DNA of 64,000 nucleotides from Alphaproteobacteria bacterium (GCA_965262615.1 OZ253545.1:1120001-1184000); one strand, 5' to 3'. Shown: positions 29,824 through 39,460, counted from the stretch's first letter. Numbers and translations are program-made. The notes: generated from the sequence alone by a model not told the origin.

Positions 29824-31066
29824 CGCGCTGCGTGTGACGCTGTGCACTTTCGCCATCCCCCATGAGCAGGCTGCGTTCTGCCAGAGCCAGTTCGGCGAGT
29901 CCCATGTTGCCATTGCGTCCTGCCGCCGTGCTGTAAAAATGCCACGCCATGATGTTGTCGGATTCCTCCACCAGCACCAATTCCAATGCCTGCAACACCA
30001 GTGGCAGCAACGATTCATCATTCATCGCCAGTGCGGCTTGCGCCCATCCCATTAAAATGAGCGGATGATTATCGCTCAGCTCCACCGCGCGCGCATACGA
30101 TATGACGGCGGCATGAGGCTGACCGTGTTCAAACAAAATCTGCCCTCGCAGTTCGTGCAGGTATGGGTCGTTTTCTCGCCCTTGCAAAAGTCCATCAATG
30201 ATTGCCAGTGCAGTGTTCACATCCCCCGCTCGGTGGTGCACAATGGCTTTGGCGTAGTGACTGCCGAAGGAGTTGGGGTGAGTGGCGTAGAAATCAAGCA
30301 CTTCATTGGGGGGCAGTAAAAACCCTTTGAGTTTGGCAACCATGCGCTCATGACGCATCTCATCGTGGGGATGATGGCAGCAGTCGTGCGGTTCATGATG
30401 CAGATGCTCCGCCATGAGGCGAATGCGCTCACCACTGAGAGGGTGGGTGAGTTGATAGGGGTCTATGTCCAAGCCTTGTTCTTTTTCTGCCAGCATGGAG
30501 AGGAATGAGTATAGCCCTCCCACCGATTGTCCGCTGTTTTGCAGATAACTGACGGCGGCTTGGTCTGCCAGCGTCTCGTTGTGACGAAATTCCTCCAGCA
30601 ACAGGCGATTGCCCACATTGGGCATGGCGATGACCCCCGCCAGCCCCACATCAAACTGCCCGCCTGCCATGGCGGCGGCACTGAGCAGCATGGTCATGAG
30701 ATTGAAGATGCTGGTGTCAAAGGCGGCATCCTGCAGACGCAACAAATGCCCGCCGGTGATGTGTCCGATTTCGTGCGCCAGCACCCCCTTGACCTCATCG
30801 GCATTGCGGGTGTTCATCAAAAGCCCACTGTGCAAAAACATCCGTTGCCCCTCGGTGACAAAGGCATTGATGGATGAGTCGTTCAGCACCACCATCTGCA
30901 CGGTGCCGAAATCCAGCCCGCCCGCCGCAGCCAAAGGATACGCCCAAGAGTTAAGAGTGTCTTCAATTTCAGCGTCGCGAATGATGCTCGCAGCGGGGGT
31001 TGATGACGCAACCACGCTCACCCACGACATCAGCACAAGAAAAATAAAGCGTTTCATAAAGGTCAT
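29747..31066 (-). CDS. M48 metalloprotease with TPR repeats (BepA/YfgC-like)
   Basis: IIRDAEIE, INAFV, VLAHEIGH, ADQ, THP motifs. Confidence 0.92.
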   Translation of the reverse strand: MTFMKRFIFLVLMSWVSVVASSTPAASIIRDAEIEDTLNSWAYPLAAAGGLDFGTVQMVVLNDSSINAFVTEGQRMFLHSGLLMNTRNADEVKGVLAHEIGHITGGHLLRLQDAAFDTSIFNLMTMLLSAAAMAGGQFDVGLAGVIAMPNVGNRLLLEEFRHNETLADQAAVSYLQNSGQSVGGLYSFLSMLAEKEQGLDIDPYQLTHPLSGERIRLMAEHLHHEPHDCCHHPHDEMRHERMVAKLKGFLLPPNEVLDFYATHPNSFGSHYAKAIVHHRAGDVNTALAIIDGLLQGRENDPYLHELRGQILFEHGQPHAAVISYARAVELSDNHPLILMGWAQAALAMNDESLLPLVLQALELVLVEESDNIMAWHFYSTAAGRNGNMGLAELALAERSLLMGDGESAQRHTQRANTWLAKDSPHQQRLRDIQLILSDS

Positions 31067-31111
31067 AGTATGATATAATCATGACGGTTAGCAAGGCAAA
31101 GGGCAAGAATC

Positions 31112-32764
31112 ATGAACAACAAAAAACTCATCGCATGGATTGCCATCACCGTCATTGCCCACACGGGATGGACAATGGGCGTGGCTCATGCCGATGAAAC
31201 GGTAGATTTGCACCAATTGATGGAAGACGCTCAACAAGGCGATGCCGATGCCCAATTCTATCTTGGGTTGATGTATGGCAATGGCGCGGGTGTCACGCAG
31301 GATTATGAGGCAGGCATCTATTGGGTCACAAAAGCCGCGGAACAATGGCATGCCGATGCCCAATACGCTCTTGGGGTGTTTTATAAAAATGGCGATGGTG
31401 TGGCACAGAATTATGAGAAAGCCGTGTATTGGTATCAAAAAGCCGCGGCGCAAGGAAATGCCGATGCCCAATACGATCTTGGGTTGATGTATGGCAAGGG
31501 CGCAGGTGTCACGCAGGATTATGAGGCAGGCATCTATTGGTTCACAAAAGCCGCAGAGCAAAACCATGCTGATGCAATAGAAATACTCAAGGAATTAGGC
31601 ATGGCTCATGAAACGGACGAATTGCACCATTTGATGGAACGCGCCCAGCAAGGCGACTCCGTATCCCAATTCTATCTTGGGACGATGTATGAACAGGGCA
31701 GAGGTGTCTCTCGAGATGTTGGACAAGCGGTGCAATGGTATCAAAAAGCCGCCAAGCAAGGATTTGCCCAAGCCCAATACAACCTTGGGTGGATGTATGA
31801 AAATGGCACAGGTGTTCCGCAAGATGATGAACAGGCGGTAGAATGGTATCAAAAAGCCGCGGCACAAGGACTTGCCAATGCTCAAAACAATCTGGCGGAG
31901 ATGTATCGCGAGGGCAGAGGTGTTCCGCAGGATGATGAGCAAGCGTTGGAATTGTATCTAAAATCCGCCGAGCAAGGATATGATCGCGCTCAAACCACTA
32001 TGGGCTGGATGTATGACAATGGCATTGGTGTTGTGCAAGATTATGAGCAAGCCGCGCAATGGTTCACAAAAGCCGCGGTGCAAGGATTTGCCCGAGCTCA
32101 AAGTAATCTTGCTATGATGTATCTTCATGGCAGAGGTGTTCCGCAGGATTATGAGCAAGCCGCGCAATGGTGGAGAAAAGCCGCAAGGCAAGGCTATGCC
32201 AAGGCTCAATTCAATCTTGGGCTGATGTATCACAATGGAGATGGGGTTGCACAGGACGATGAGCAAGCTTTGTATTGGTGGGAGAAAGCCGCAAGACAAG
32301 GAAATAAAGATGCAATAGAAGCTCTCAAAATATTAGGCATGGCTGATGAAACGGACGAATTGCACCAATTGAGAGAACGCGCCGAGCAAGGCGATGCCGA
32401 TGCCCAAAACTATCTTGGTGTGATGTATAACACTGGCATGGGTGTGACGCAGGATAAAAAAGAAGCCGTGGAATGGTTCAAAAAATCCGCCGAACAAGGA
32501 AATGCCCTCGCCCAAGCCAATCTTGGAGTGATGTATAGGGATGGGATGGGTGTCACGCAGGATGATGAGGAAGCTGTGGAATGGTGGAAAAAAGCCGCAG
32601 AGCAAGAAAATGCCGTAGCCCAATACAATCTTGCTGTGATGTATGGCAAGGGAATCGGCGTGGCACAGAGTGATGAAAAAGCCGTCTATTGGTTCACAAA
32701 AGCCGCCAAACAAGGCGATGTTGATGCAATAGAAGTTCTCAAGAAATTAGGCATCACCGACTGA
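31112..32764 (+). CDS. Secreted Sel1-repeat protein built from three fused gene-sized modules
   Basis: Signal ...GVAHA; the C-cap DAIExLKxLG occurs three times and the N-cap ETxxLHxLxExAxQGD three times. Confidence 0.92.
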   Translation: MNNKKLIAWIAITVIAHTGWTMGVAHADETVDLHQLMEDAQQGDADAQFYLGLMYGNGAGVTQDYEAGIYWVTKAAEQWHADAQYALGVFYKNGDGVAQNYEKAVYWYQKAAAQGNADAQYDLGLMYGKGAGVTQDYEAGIYWFTKAAEQNHADAIEILKELGMAHETDELHHLMERAQQGDSVSQFYLGTMYEQGRGVSRDVGQAVQWYQKAAKQGFAQAQYNLGWMYENGTGVPQDDEQAVEWYQKAAAQGLANAQNNLAEMYREGRGVPQDDEQALELYLKSAEQGYDRAQTTMGWMYDNGIGVVQDYEQAAQWFTKAAVQGFARAQSNLAMMYLHGRGVPQDYEQAAQWWRKAARQGYAKAQFNLGLMYHNGDGVAQDDEQALYWWEKAARQGNKDAIEALKILGMADETDELHQLRERAEQGDADAQNYLGVMYNTGMGVTQDKKEAVEWFKKSAEQGNALAQANLGVMYRDGMGVTQDDEEAVEWWKKAAEQENAVAQYNLAVMYGKGIGVAQSDEKAVYWFTKAAKQGDVDAIEVLKKLGITD

Positions 32765-32794
32765 TTCCCCCTCGCCTTGAGGCAAGGACAGGCA

Positions 32795-33226
32795 TCAAAA
32801 AAGTGCCGTGGCAACCATTCCCAACAGAGCCACCATCACGCTCACAAGAACAACAATCACCCGCGTCGCAAAGAGATTGAAAGCCTGCAACAACACATTG
32901 ATATCTTCCTTAATTTCAGTTCGCGCCTGAGCGATTTGAGTTTCCAGTTTGGCGATTTGAGTTTCCAGTTTGGCGTTATTTTCATTATTTTCAGCTCGCG
33001 CCTGAGCGATTTGAGCTTCCAGTTTGGCGATTTGAGCTTCCAGTTTGGCGATTTTGGTCTCCAGTTTGGCGATATCTTCCTTCGTGGCAAAATTCTTGCC
33101 TTGCTCTTTGATGGTGGCAACATCCACCTTCAGAGCAACCACATCCGCTTTGAGGGCGACCACATCATCATACAAGCCATTCGCCTTGCGATGTTCGGTT
33201 GGTTTTTGTTCCGTCTGGATAGTCAT
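32795..33226 (-). CDS. C-terminally anchored coiled-coil protein A (DUF1640/CCDC90-like)
   Basis: FATKEDI neck motif, IAKLE(T/A)Q heptads encoded by 21-bp repeats, C-terminal TM helix. Confidence 0.8.
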   Translation of the reverse strand: MTIQTEQKPTEHRKANGLYDDVVALKADVVALKVDVATIKEQGKNFATKEDIAKLETKIAKLEAQIAKLEAQIAQARAENNENNAKLETQIAKLETQIAQARTEIKEDINVLLQAFNLFATRVIVVLVSVMVALLGMVATALF

Positions 33227-33300
33227 GGTGGTTAGAATATGTGCATTTGCAGGGTTTGTCAATGCCAAGATGCCTTACGGTCATTGCAGATGACCATGAG
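33227..33300 (-). promoter_or_regulatory. Portable upstream module, copy A
   Basis: GGTCAT-ctgca-ATGACC inverted repeat, then TTGACA-N17-TATTCT-7 nt-ATG. Confidence 0.8.
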
Positions 33301-33406
33301 CAAGAGAAAACATCACTCAAAACATTGGGCATACCCAACTAATTCGCCCTCGCTCTTGCTTTTTGCCATTGGTTTTTGTATGGGTGGCGTGCCCAATGGC
33401 AATCAA

Positions 33407-34588
33407 ATGAGGATAGCTCCATTGAATGATCGACATCTCCCGTCTCGCCGCAGTGCCATTCCCTCATTTATTGTGATGGACATGATGGCGAAGGCATCGG
33501 CACTGGAACGGCGCGGGGTGAAGGTCATGCGTTTGGAGGCGGGCGCGCCGGACACCGCTCCGCCGCCCGCCATCCTCAAACAACTGGCACACACCCTCAC
33601 CAAGCGCAATTTTGGCTACACCGATTCCACCGGAACGCCCCAGCTCAAAGAACGCATTGCATGGCTCTATGGGCATCGCTATGGGCTTGAGATTGACCCA
33701 TCCCGCATCGTCATCTCCAGTGGCTCATCGGCGTGTCTGACTCTGGCACTGCTGGCGGCGTTTGAGCATGGGGATGTGATTGCTCTGCCGCGTCCGTGTT
33801 ATCCCGCCTATCGCCCCATGGCGGAGGCGTTGGGTCTGCGGGTGGTGGATATGCCGCTCACGGATGAGGACGGCTGGTGTCTGACGGCGCGTCATATTGA
33901 GCAGTGTGAGACCAAACCGAGCGGCATCATTCTCACCAATCCCGCCAACCCCACCGGCGCACTGATGGACGAACACCAACTGGCAACCATTGCTGATTAT
34001 TGCCGACATAATGGTATCCGCATCATCAGCGATGAGATTTATCACGATGTCACCGATGATGACCACACAGCTCACAGCATCCTCTCGTTTGACCCCGATG
34101 CCATCGTGACCAGTGGCTTTTCCAAGTTTTTTGCGCTGCCGGGCTGGCGTGTGGGCTGGATGATCGCGCCTGTCGCTTTTGCCTCCTCCCTGCTGGCATT
34201 ACAGCAAAATCTCTATGTCGCGCCGCCCAGCGCAGGACAAGAACTCGCGATTTCCATGCTACAAGAAGAGGTTATGGACACCATGAAACACCATGTACGG
34301 CGATGGAATGACAACCGCAATGTTTTGTTGCGGTTTATTGAGCAAAGCCCACTCAGTCTGACGGCTCAGCCGCGCGGCGGATTTTACATTTATTGCGATG
34401 CCGCCGCCGTCACCCATGACAGCGTGGCGTGGTGTGATGAGATATTGCATCGTCATCATGTGGCACTGGCGGCGGGCGTGGATTTTGACCCCGTGGACGG
34501 TCATAAATTCGTGCGTTTTTCCTTCTGCCGACCAAACAATGAGATTACTACTGCCTGCAAGATTCTCGACAAAGTGTTTAATTCTTAA
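33407..34588 (+). CDS. Class I/II PLP-dependent aminotransferase
   Basis: GYT..G, TNPANPTG, ISDEIYH, SGFSKFFALPGWRVGW, GGFYIY. Confidence 0.93.
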   Translation: MRIAPLNDRHLPSRRSAIPSFIVMDMMAKASALERRGVKVMRLEAGAPDTAPPPAILKQLAHTLTKRNFGYTDSTGTPQLKERIAWLYGHRYGLEIDPSRIVISSGSSACLTLALLAAFEHGDVIALPRPCYPAYRPMAEALGLRVVDMPLTDEDGWCLTARHIEQCETKPSGIILTNPANPTGALMDEHQLATIADYCRHNGIRIISDEIYHDVTDDDHTAHSILSFDPDAIVTSGFSKFFALPGWRVGWMIAPVAFASSLLALQQNLYVAPPSAGQELAISMLQEEVMDTMKHHVRRWNDNRNVLLRFIEQSPLSLTAQPRGGFYIYCDAAAVTHDSVAWCDEILHRHHVALAAGVDFDPVDGHKFVRFSFCRPNNEITTACKILDKVFNS

Positions 34589-34665
34589 CCGTGAAAAAGC
34601 TGTTTTATCAGCCTCATCAGTGTGATACAATCGCGGCGGTCAATTGATGGCGCGAGGAGTTTGGT

Positions 34666-36189
34666 GTGGAAAAATTCTTTGAATACATTTTCCCAAAAAA
34701 AATCAGTACGAGGTCGCGAGTCTGTCTCTTATTCCTTGTACCCGCATTGTCCATTTTAATCCTTCTTCCATCAATTCTTGAAGCTTGGAATCAACCTCCA
34801 TTGCCAAGCCAATTTTTCTATTCTTTAATTACGGTAACAGGATTTCTGCTTTTTGCTTTGATTTTATCATTAATAAAAGATTTTGAAAAATCATCCGAGC
34901 CAACGCGTGACATAGCTAAAGACTTACATGATATGCTTCCTGAATTGGCGTTGTATATCACCGAACAATTGGTATCGGATAACATAAAAAATATGCAAAA
35001 GAAAGAAGCAACAAGACAATTTAATCTTGGTGTCAAACATTTATTTGGCAAGGGTGTTAAAAAAAATGCACAAAAAGCATTCCTCCACTTTGAAGCAGCC
35101 GCCCAACAAGGGGATGCCTACGCCCAATTCAATCTTGCTTTGATGTATAGGAATGGCAAAGGAGTGGCACAAAATGATAAGAAAGCCCTGTATTGGTATC
35201 AAAAAGCCGCCCAACAAGGGGATGCTAGAGCCCAATTCAATCTTGCTTGGATGTATCATGAGGGCAAAGGAGTGGCACAGAATGATGAGAAAGCCCTGTA
35301 TTGGTATCAAGAATCCGCCCAACAAGGGGATGCTAGAGCCCAATTCAATCTTGCTTTAATGTATCATGAGGGCAAAGGAGTGGCACAAAATGATGAGAAA
35401 GCCCTGTATTGGTATCAAAAAGCCGCCCAACAAGGGAATGCCAAAGCCCAATTCAATCTTGCTTGGATGTATGATGAGGGCAAAGGAGTGGCACAGAATG
35501 ATGAGAAAGCTGTGTATTGGTATCAAGAATCCGCCCAGCAAGGGGATGCCAAAGCCCAATTCAATCTTGCTTGGATGTATGATGAGGGCAAAGGAGTGGC
35601 ACAAAATGATAAGAAAGCACTATATTGGTATCAAGAATCCGCACAACAAGGAAGTGCCAGAGCCCAAATCAGTCTTGGGATGGCTTATGTTGGCGGAAAA
35701 GGTATTTCACAGGATTATCATGAGGCGATGCAATGGTTCAAAAAAGCCGCAGAACAAGGGAGTACCGATGCCCAAAACAATATTGGCTTTATGTATGCCA
35801 CTGGCATGGGTATTAAACCAAATGAGAAAAAAGCAGTGCATTGGCTCACAAAAGCTTCAGAGCAAGGATTTGCCATAGCCCAATTCAATCTCGCTGTGGT
35901 GTATGAAAGTGTGACACAGAATGATCAAAAAGCGAAGCACTGGTATCAAAAAGCCGTCCAGCAAGTTAGTGACGAAACCAAATTCACTCAGCAAGAAGAG
36001 CAGGAGAGGATCAAAGAAGCGGAACAAGAAGGGGATGCCAATTCCTTGTATCTTCTTGGCGTGAGATACGCCATTGGCGAAGAAGTCACGCGAGATTATG
36101 AAAAAGCGGCGCACTGGTTCACCCAAGCATCTCAGCTGAACTTTATTCAAGCCACGCGAGCTCTTGAATTGCTGAAAAAAGTCAAATAA
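34666..36189 (+). CDS. Membrane-anchored Sel1-repeat protein with near-identical 108-bp repeats
   Basis: Two TM segments; five almost identical AQFNLA(W/L)MYxxGKGVAQNDxKAxYWYQ units at about 35100-35650. Confidence 0.9.
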   Translation: MEKFFEYIFPKKISTRSRVCLLFLVPALSILILLPSILEAWNQPPLPSQFFYSLITVTGFLLFALILSLIKDFEKSSEPTRDIAKDLHDMLPELALYITEQLVSDNIKNMQKKEATRQFNLGVKHLFGKGVKKNAQKAFLHFEAAAQQGDAYAQFNLALMYRNGKGVAQNDKKALYWYQKAAQQGDARAQFNLAWMYHEGKGVAQNDEKALYWYQESAQQGDARAQFNLALMYHEGKGVAQNDEKALYWYQKAAQQGNAKAQFNLAWMYDEGKGVAQNDEKAVYWYQESAQQGDAKAQFNLAWMYDEGKGVAQNDKKALYWYQESAQQGSARAQISLGMAYVGGKGISQDYHEAMQWFKKAAEQGSTDAQNNIGFMYATGMGIKPNEKKAVHWLTKASEQGFAIAQFNLAVVYESVTQNDQKAKHWYQKAVQQVSDETKFTQQEEQERIKEAEQEGDANSLYLLGVRYAIGEEVTRDYEKAAHWFTQASQLNFIQATRALELLKKVK

Positions 36190-36198
36190 AGCTCAAAC

Positions 36199-36424
36199 TA
36201 CACGGGGTAAACAATGGACATGGCTCATACTGATTTGCAACAATTGATGGAGCGCGCTCAACAAGGCGATGCCCTCAGCCCAAAACAGTCTGGGGTGCAT
36301 GTATGAACAAGGCAGAGGTGTCACGCAGGATTATGAAGAAGCCGTGCGATGGTTCAAAAAAGCCGCGAGGCAAGGAAATAAAGCTGCCATAAAATCCCTC
36401 AAAATTTTAGGCATGACCGACTAA
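36199..36424 (+). pseudogene. Decayed short secreted Sel1 gene
   Basis: YTG*TMDMAH (compare HTGWTMGVAH), a frameshift near 36273, and the ending AIKSLKILGMTD*. Confidence 0.8.
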
Positions 36425-36438
36425 TTCAAGGGTTTTCG

Positions 36439-36768
36439 TCACTTCAAAATAAGTGTCACCAGAATGCCCACAAGGGACACAATCACTCCCGCCAGAGCCA
36501 CAATCACTCGCGCAGCGGCGCGATTGACGGCATCCAACAACTCATTTTTCGCCTTATCAATCTTGCCATCCACGACCGATATTTTGTCCAGCAGTTCAGC
36601 TCGCAAATCGGCAACATCTTCCTTCGTGGCAAAATGATTGCACTGCTCCTTGATGGTGGCAACATCCACTTTGAGAGTCACCACATCCGCTTTGAGAGCG
36701 ACCACATCATCATGCAAGCCATTCGCACCGCGATGCTTTGGTGGTTCTTGATTCGTTTCTATCGTCAT
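36439..36768 (-). CDS. C-terminally anchored coiled-coil protein B
   Basis: HFATKEDV, short stalk, TM helix ending VTLILK. Confidence 0.8.
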   Translation of the reverse strand: MTIETNQEPPKHRGANGLHDDVVALKADVVTLKVDVATIKEQCNHFATKEDVADLRAELLDKISVVDGKIDKAKNELLDAVNRAAARVIVALAGVIVSLVGILVTLILK

Positions 36769-36845
36769 GGTGATGAGAGTATGGGCATTTCAAGAATTTG
36801 TCAATGGCAAGACGCATTACGATCATTGCAGATGACCATGAGGCA
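36769..36845 (-). promoter_or_regulatory. Portable upstream module, copy B
   Basis: GGTCAT-ctgca-ATGATC, then TTGACA-N17-TACTCT-7 nt-ATG. Confidence 0.8.
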
Positions 36846-36921
36846 AGAGTCACCATCATTCAAAAAAGAGCAGTTGCAATTGCGTCTTAACTTTGCCATC
36901 CAAAAGCGGTATAAAAGCCCC

Positions 36922-37419
36922 ATGATGATTGCACGGTTGCTCGCCATCATAATGTTGCTCATGAGTGTCACCGCAACTTCCAGTCACGGCGAGATGATGC
37001 GCGTCAAAGGCATGGGGGGAATCTTCAATTTTGCCAAGGACAATAATTTTGCCTACGGCGCGGAGGTCACCCTGCCTTCACTCTTTTTGCCTTTGGGCTT
37101 GAATTTTGATGTGGGATTTCTCGCCACCGACCGCCGCGCCGTCTACGGCTACGCCGCCATTGAACGCGCTTTTTATGTTGATGACGACTGGCGCATCATC
37201 CCCTCATTGGCGATGGGATACTACGAACAAAAGGACGATAAAGATCTCGGATTTGAACTCAACTTCAAATCGGGCGGCGAGATTGCCTACCGCTTTGCTC
37301 ACAACGCATGGGCGGGAATTTCGGCTTTTCATATCTCCAACGCCTCGCTCAGCAGTCATAATCCGGGCACGGAGCTCTTTGTCTTCACCCTCACCTACGA
37401 TGTCAGTATAATTCCATGA
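36922..37419 (+). CDS. pagL: Lipid A 3-O-deacylase PagL-like outer membrane protein
   Basis: Signal peptide, KDLG..LNFKSG, HISNASL..NPG.E motifs. Confidence 0.8.
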   Translation: MMIARLLAIIMLLMSVTATSSHGEMMRVKGMGGIFNFAKDNNFAYGAEVTLPSLFLPLGLNFDVGFLATDRRAVYGYAAIERAFYVDDDWRIIPSLAMGYYEQKDDKDLGFELNFKSGGEIAYRFAHNAWAGISAFHISNASLSSHNPGTELFVFTLTYDVSIIP

Positions 37420-38366
37420 GCGAGCGCATTCACGACTCCATCACCGACCTCATTGGCAAAACGCCTCTGTTGCGCCTCAATCGCTTTGCGCGCTTTCACC
37501 AGTGCGAGGCGGAGCTCATCGCCAAACTGGAGCTTCTCAATCCTCTTTCATCGGTGAAGGATCGCATCGGGCTTGCCATGATTGATGATGCCGTGGCAGC
37601 GGGACGCATCACCGCAAACACCACCATCATAGAACCCACATCCGGCAACACGGGCATTGCTCTGGCATTCGTGGCAGCCGCCCGAGGGCTGAAACTCATT
37701 TTAACCATGCCCGCCAGCATGTCTGTGGAACGCCGCAAAATGCTCCAATTGCTGGGCGCACAAACCCATCTCACCGACCCCGCCCGAGGCATGAAGGGCG
37801 CGATTGAAAAAGCACACGAACTGCACAAAGAAATCAAGGATTCCATCATTTTGCAACAGTTTGAAAATCCCGCCAATCCAACCATTCATCGCCACACCAC
37901 GGCGCAAGAAATATGGCACGATGTGGGCAGGCGGCTGGATATTTTCGTCTCGGGCGTGGGAACGGGCGGCACGGTGACCGGCGTGAGTGAGGTCATCAAA
38001 GAGCAGCACCCCGCCCTTCATGTGGTGGCGGTAGAACCCGAAGACTCCCCCGTTCTGTCGGGAGGCACGGCGGGACCCCACAAAATTCAAGGCATTGGCG
38101 CAGGCATGATTCCCAAAAATCTCAACCAACAAATGATTGATGAGGTCATCACCATCAGCAACGAGACGGCGTTTGAGACGGCGCGCACGGTGGCGCGTCT
38201 TGAGGGCTTGGCGGTAGGCATTTCATCGGGGGCGGCTCTGGCGGCGGCTTTAGAGGTGGGACAGCGAGCCCAAAACAAAGGCAAACGAATCCTTGTCATT
38301 CTGCCGTCCGCCGCCGAACGCTACCTCTCCACCGAGCTTTTTTCCGATGGCATGGATACCAAATAA
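37416..38366 (+). CDS. cysK: Cysteine synthase A
   Basis: NPLSSVKDRIG, EPTSGNTG, GVGTGGT, HKIQGIGAG, ERYLST. Confidence 0.97.
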   Translation: MSERIHDSITDLIGKTPLLRLNRFARFHQCEAELIAKLELLNPLSSVKDRIGLAMIDDAVAAGRITANTTIIEPTSGNTGIALAFVAAARGLKLILTMPASMSVERRKMLQLLGAQTHLTDPARGMKGAIEKAHELHKEIKDSIILQQFENPANPTIHRHTTAQEIWHDVGRRLDIFVSGVGTGGTVTGVSEVIKEQHPALHVVAVEPEDSPVLSGGTAGPHKIQGIGAGMIPKNLNQQMIDEVITISNETAFETARTVARLEGLAVGISSGAALAAALEVGQRAQNKGKRILVILPSAAERYLSTELFSDGMDTK

Positions 38367-38420
38367 CCGTGAAGAATTTTGGTATTGACAAATTCTGCAA
38401 ATTCACATATTCTCACCATC
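38352..38420 (+). promoter_or_regulatory. Portable upstream module, copy E (overlaps the cysK stop)
   Basis: CCAAATAACCGTGAAGAATTTTGGTA-TTGACA-N17-TATTCT-7 nt-ATG 38421. Confidence 0.8.
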
Positions 38421-38702
38421 ATGACGACAGAGACGAAGCAAAAAAAAGAATATCTCACGGTGACGGCAAAAACCTATCGCTTGAAGAGCGGTCGCGCTCT
38501 TCTCATGGTGGATTTTACCACTCATGAAAGTGTCGCCGCCCTGCAAAGTGACGATGCTGTCAGTTTGTTGCGGGGAGATATCGCTCAACTGCGTGAAGAA
38601 ATTGAGAGGGCGAAAAATGAAGTGATCTATGCCATCAATCGCGCCGCTGTGGGAGTCATTGTTTCTTGTGTGATCGTTATGGTGGCAATCATTCTTAAGT
38701 GA
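38421..38702 (+). CDS. C-terminally anchored coiled-coil protein E with a divergent head
   Basis: IERAKNEVIYAINRAA..TM..ILK matches the paralogs; the N-terminal half differs. Confidence 0.7.
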   Translation: MTTETKQKKEYLTVTAKTYRLKSGRALLMVDFTTHESVAALQSDDAVSLLRGDIAQLREEIERAKNEVIYAINRAAVGVIVSCVIVMVAIILK

Positions 38703-39460
38703 CCCTCTCTCGCCATGAGATGGAATTCTATGCCAGCCACATCATGCTCCCGCAGATTGGCGGCAGGGGACAAGAAAAAATCGGGCGTGCCAAAGTGCTG
38801 GTGGTGGGTGCGGGAGGCATCGGCACACCCCTCATCATCTATCTGACTACTGCGGGCGTGGGAACAATCGGCATCGCCGATGATGACACCGTTGAAACCA
38901 GCAATTTGCAACGCCAAATTCTCTACCGCCAAAACCACATCGGCGCGCTCAAAACCACCACCGCCATTGATGAAGCACGCGCCATCAATTCCGCCGTCAC
39001 CCTCATTCCTCACCCCCAACGCATGGATGATGACACTCTTGCCCACATCCTGCCGAGCTATGACATCATTGCCGATGGCTCGGACAACATCACCACCGCT
39101 CACTGTCTCAATAAAGCGGCGGTCAAACAGGGCAAAATCCTCATCAAGGCATCGGTGAGCGGCTGGAGCGGACAAATCACCACCATCATGGGCGGCAATA
39201 CAAACGCTCCCTGCTACGCCTGCCTCTTTCCACCATCGGACACCGATGCCAACGCTCCTTCATGCGTTGAGCAAGGGGTTCTCAATATGGCGGTGTGTGT
39301 CATGGCGGGATGGCTCGGTGCGGAGGTCATCAAGTGCATTATCGGGACGGGACAATCCCTCAAAGGACGACTCCTCCTCTATGACGCGCTGCAAGCGTCC
39401 ATGCACACCATCCAATACGATAAAAATCCCAGCTGCCCCGTCTGTGCCGCTAGGGTTTGA
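38699..39460 (+). CDS. moeB: MoeB/ThiF family adenylyltransferase
   Basis: VGAGGIG, DDDTVETSNLQRQ, PCYACL, CPVC. Confidence 0.9.
   Translation: MTLSRHEMEFYASHIMLPQIGGRGQEKIGRAKVLVVGAGGIGTPLIIYLTTAGVGTIGIADDDTVETSNLQRQILYRQNHIGALKTTTAIDEARAINSAVTLIPHPQRMDDDTLAHILPSYDIIADGSDNITTAHCLNKAAVKQGKILIKASVSGWSGQITTIMGGNTNAPCYACLFPPSDTDANAPSCVEQGVLNMAVCVMAGWLGAEVIKCIIGTGQSLKGRLLLYDALQASMHTIQYDKNPSCPVCAARV

Noticed and set aside
20014-35650. Diversity-generating retroelement template/variable pairs
   Set aside because: No reverse transcriptase is in the window, and differences between repeat copies are not adenine-restricted.
33239-36921. Shared N-terminal extensions (CQxQDALRSLQMTM) on the aminotransferase and pagL ORFs
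   Set aside because: They are the antisense read-through of the portable promoter module, not protein homology.
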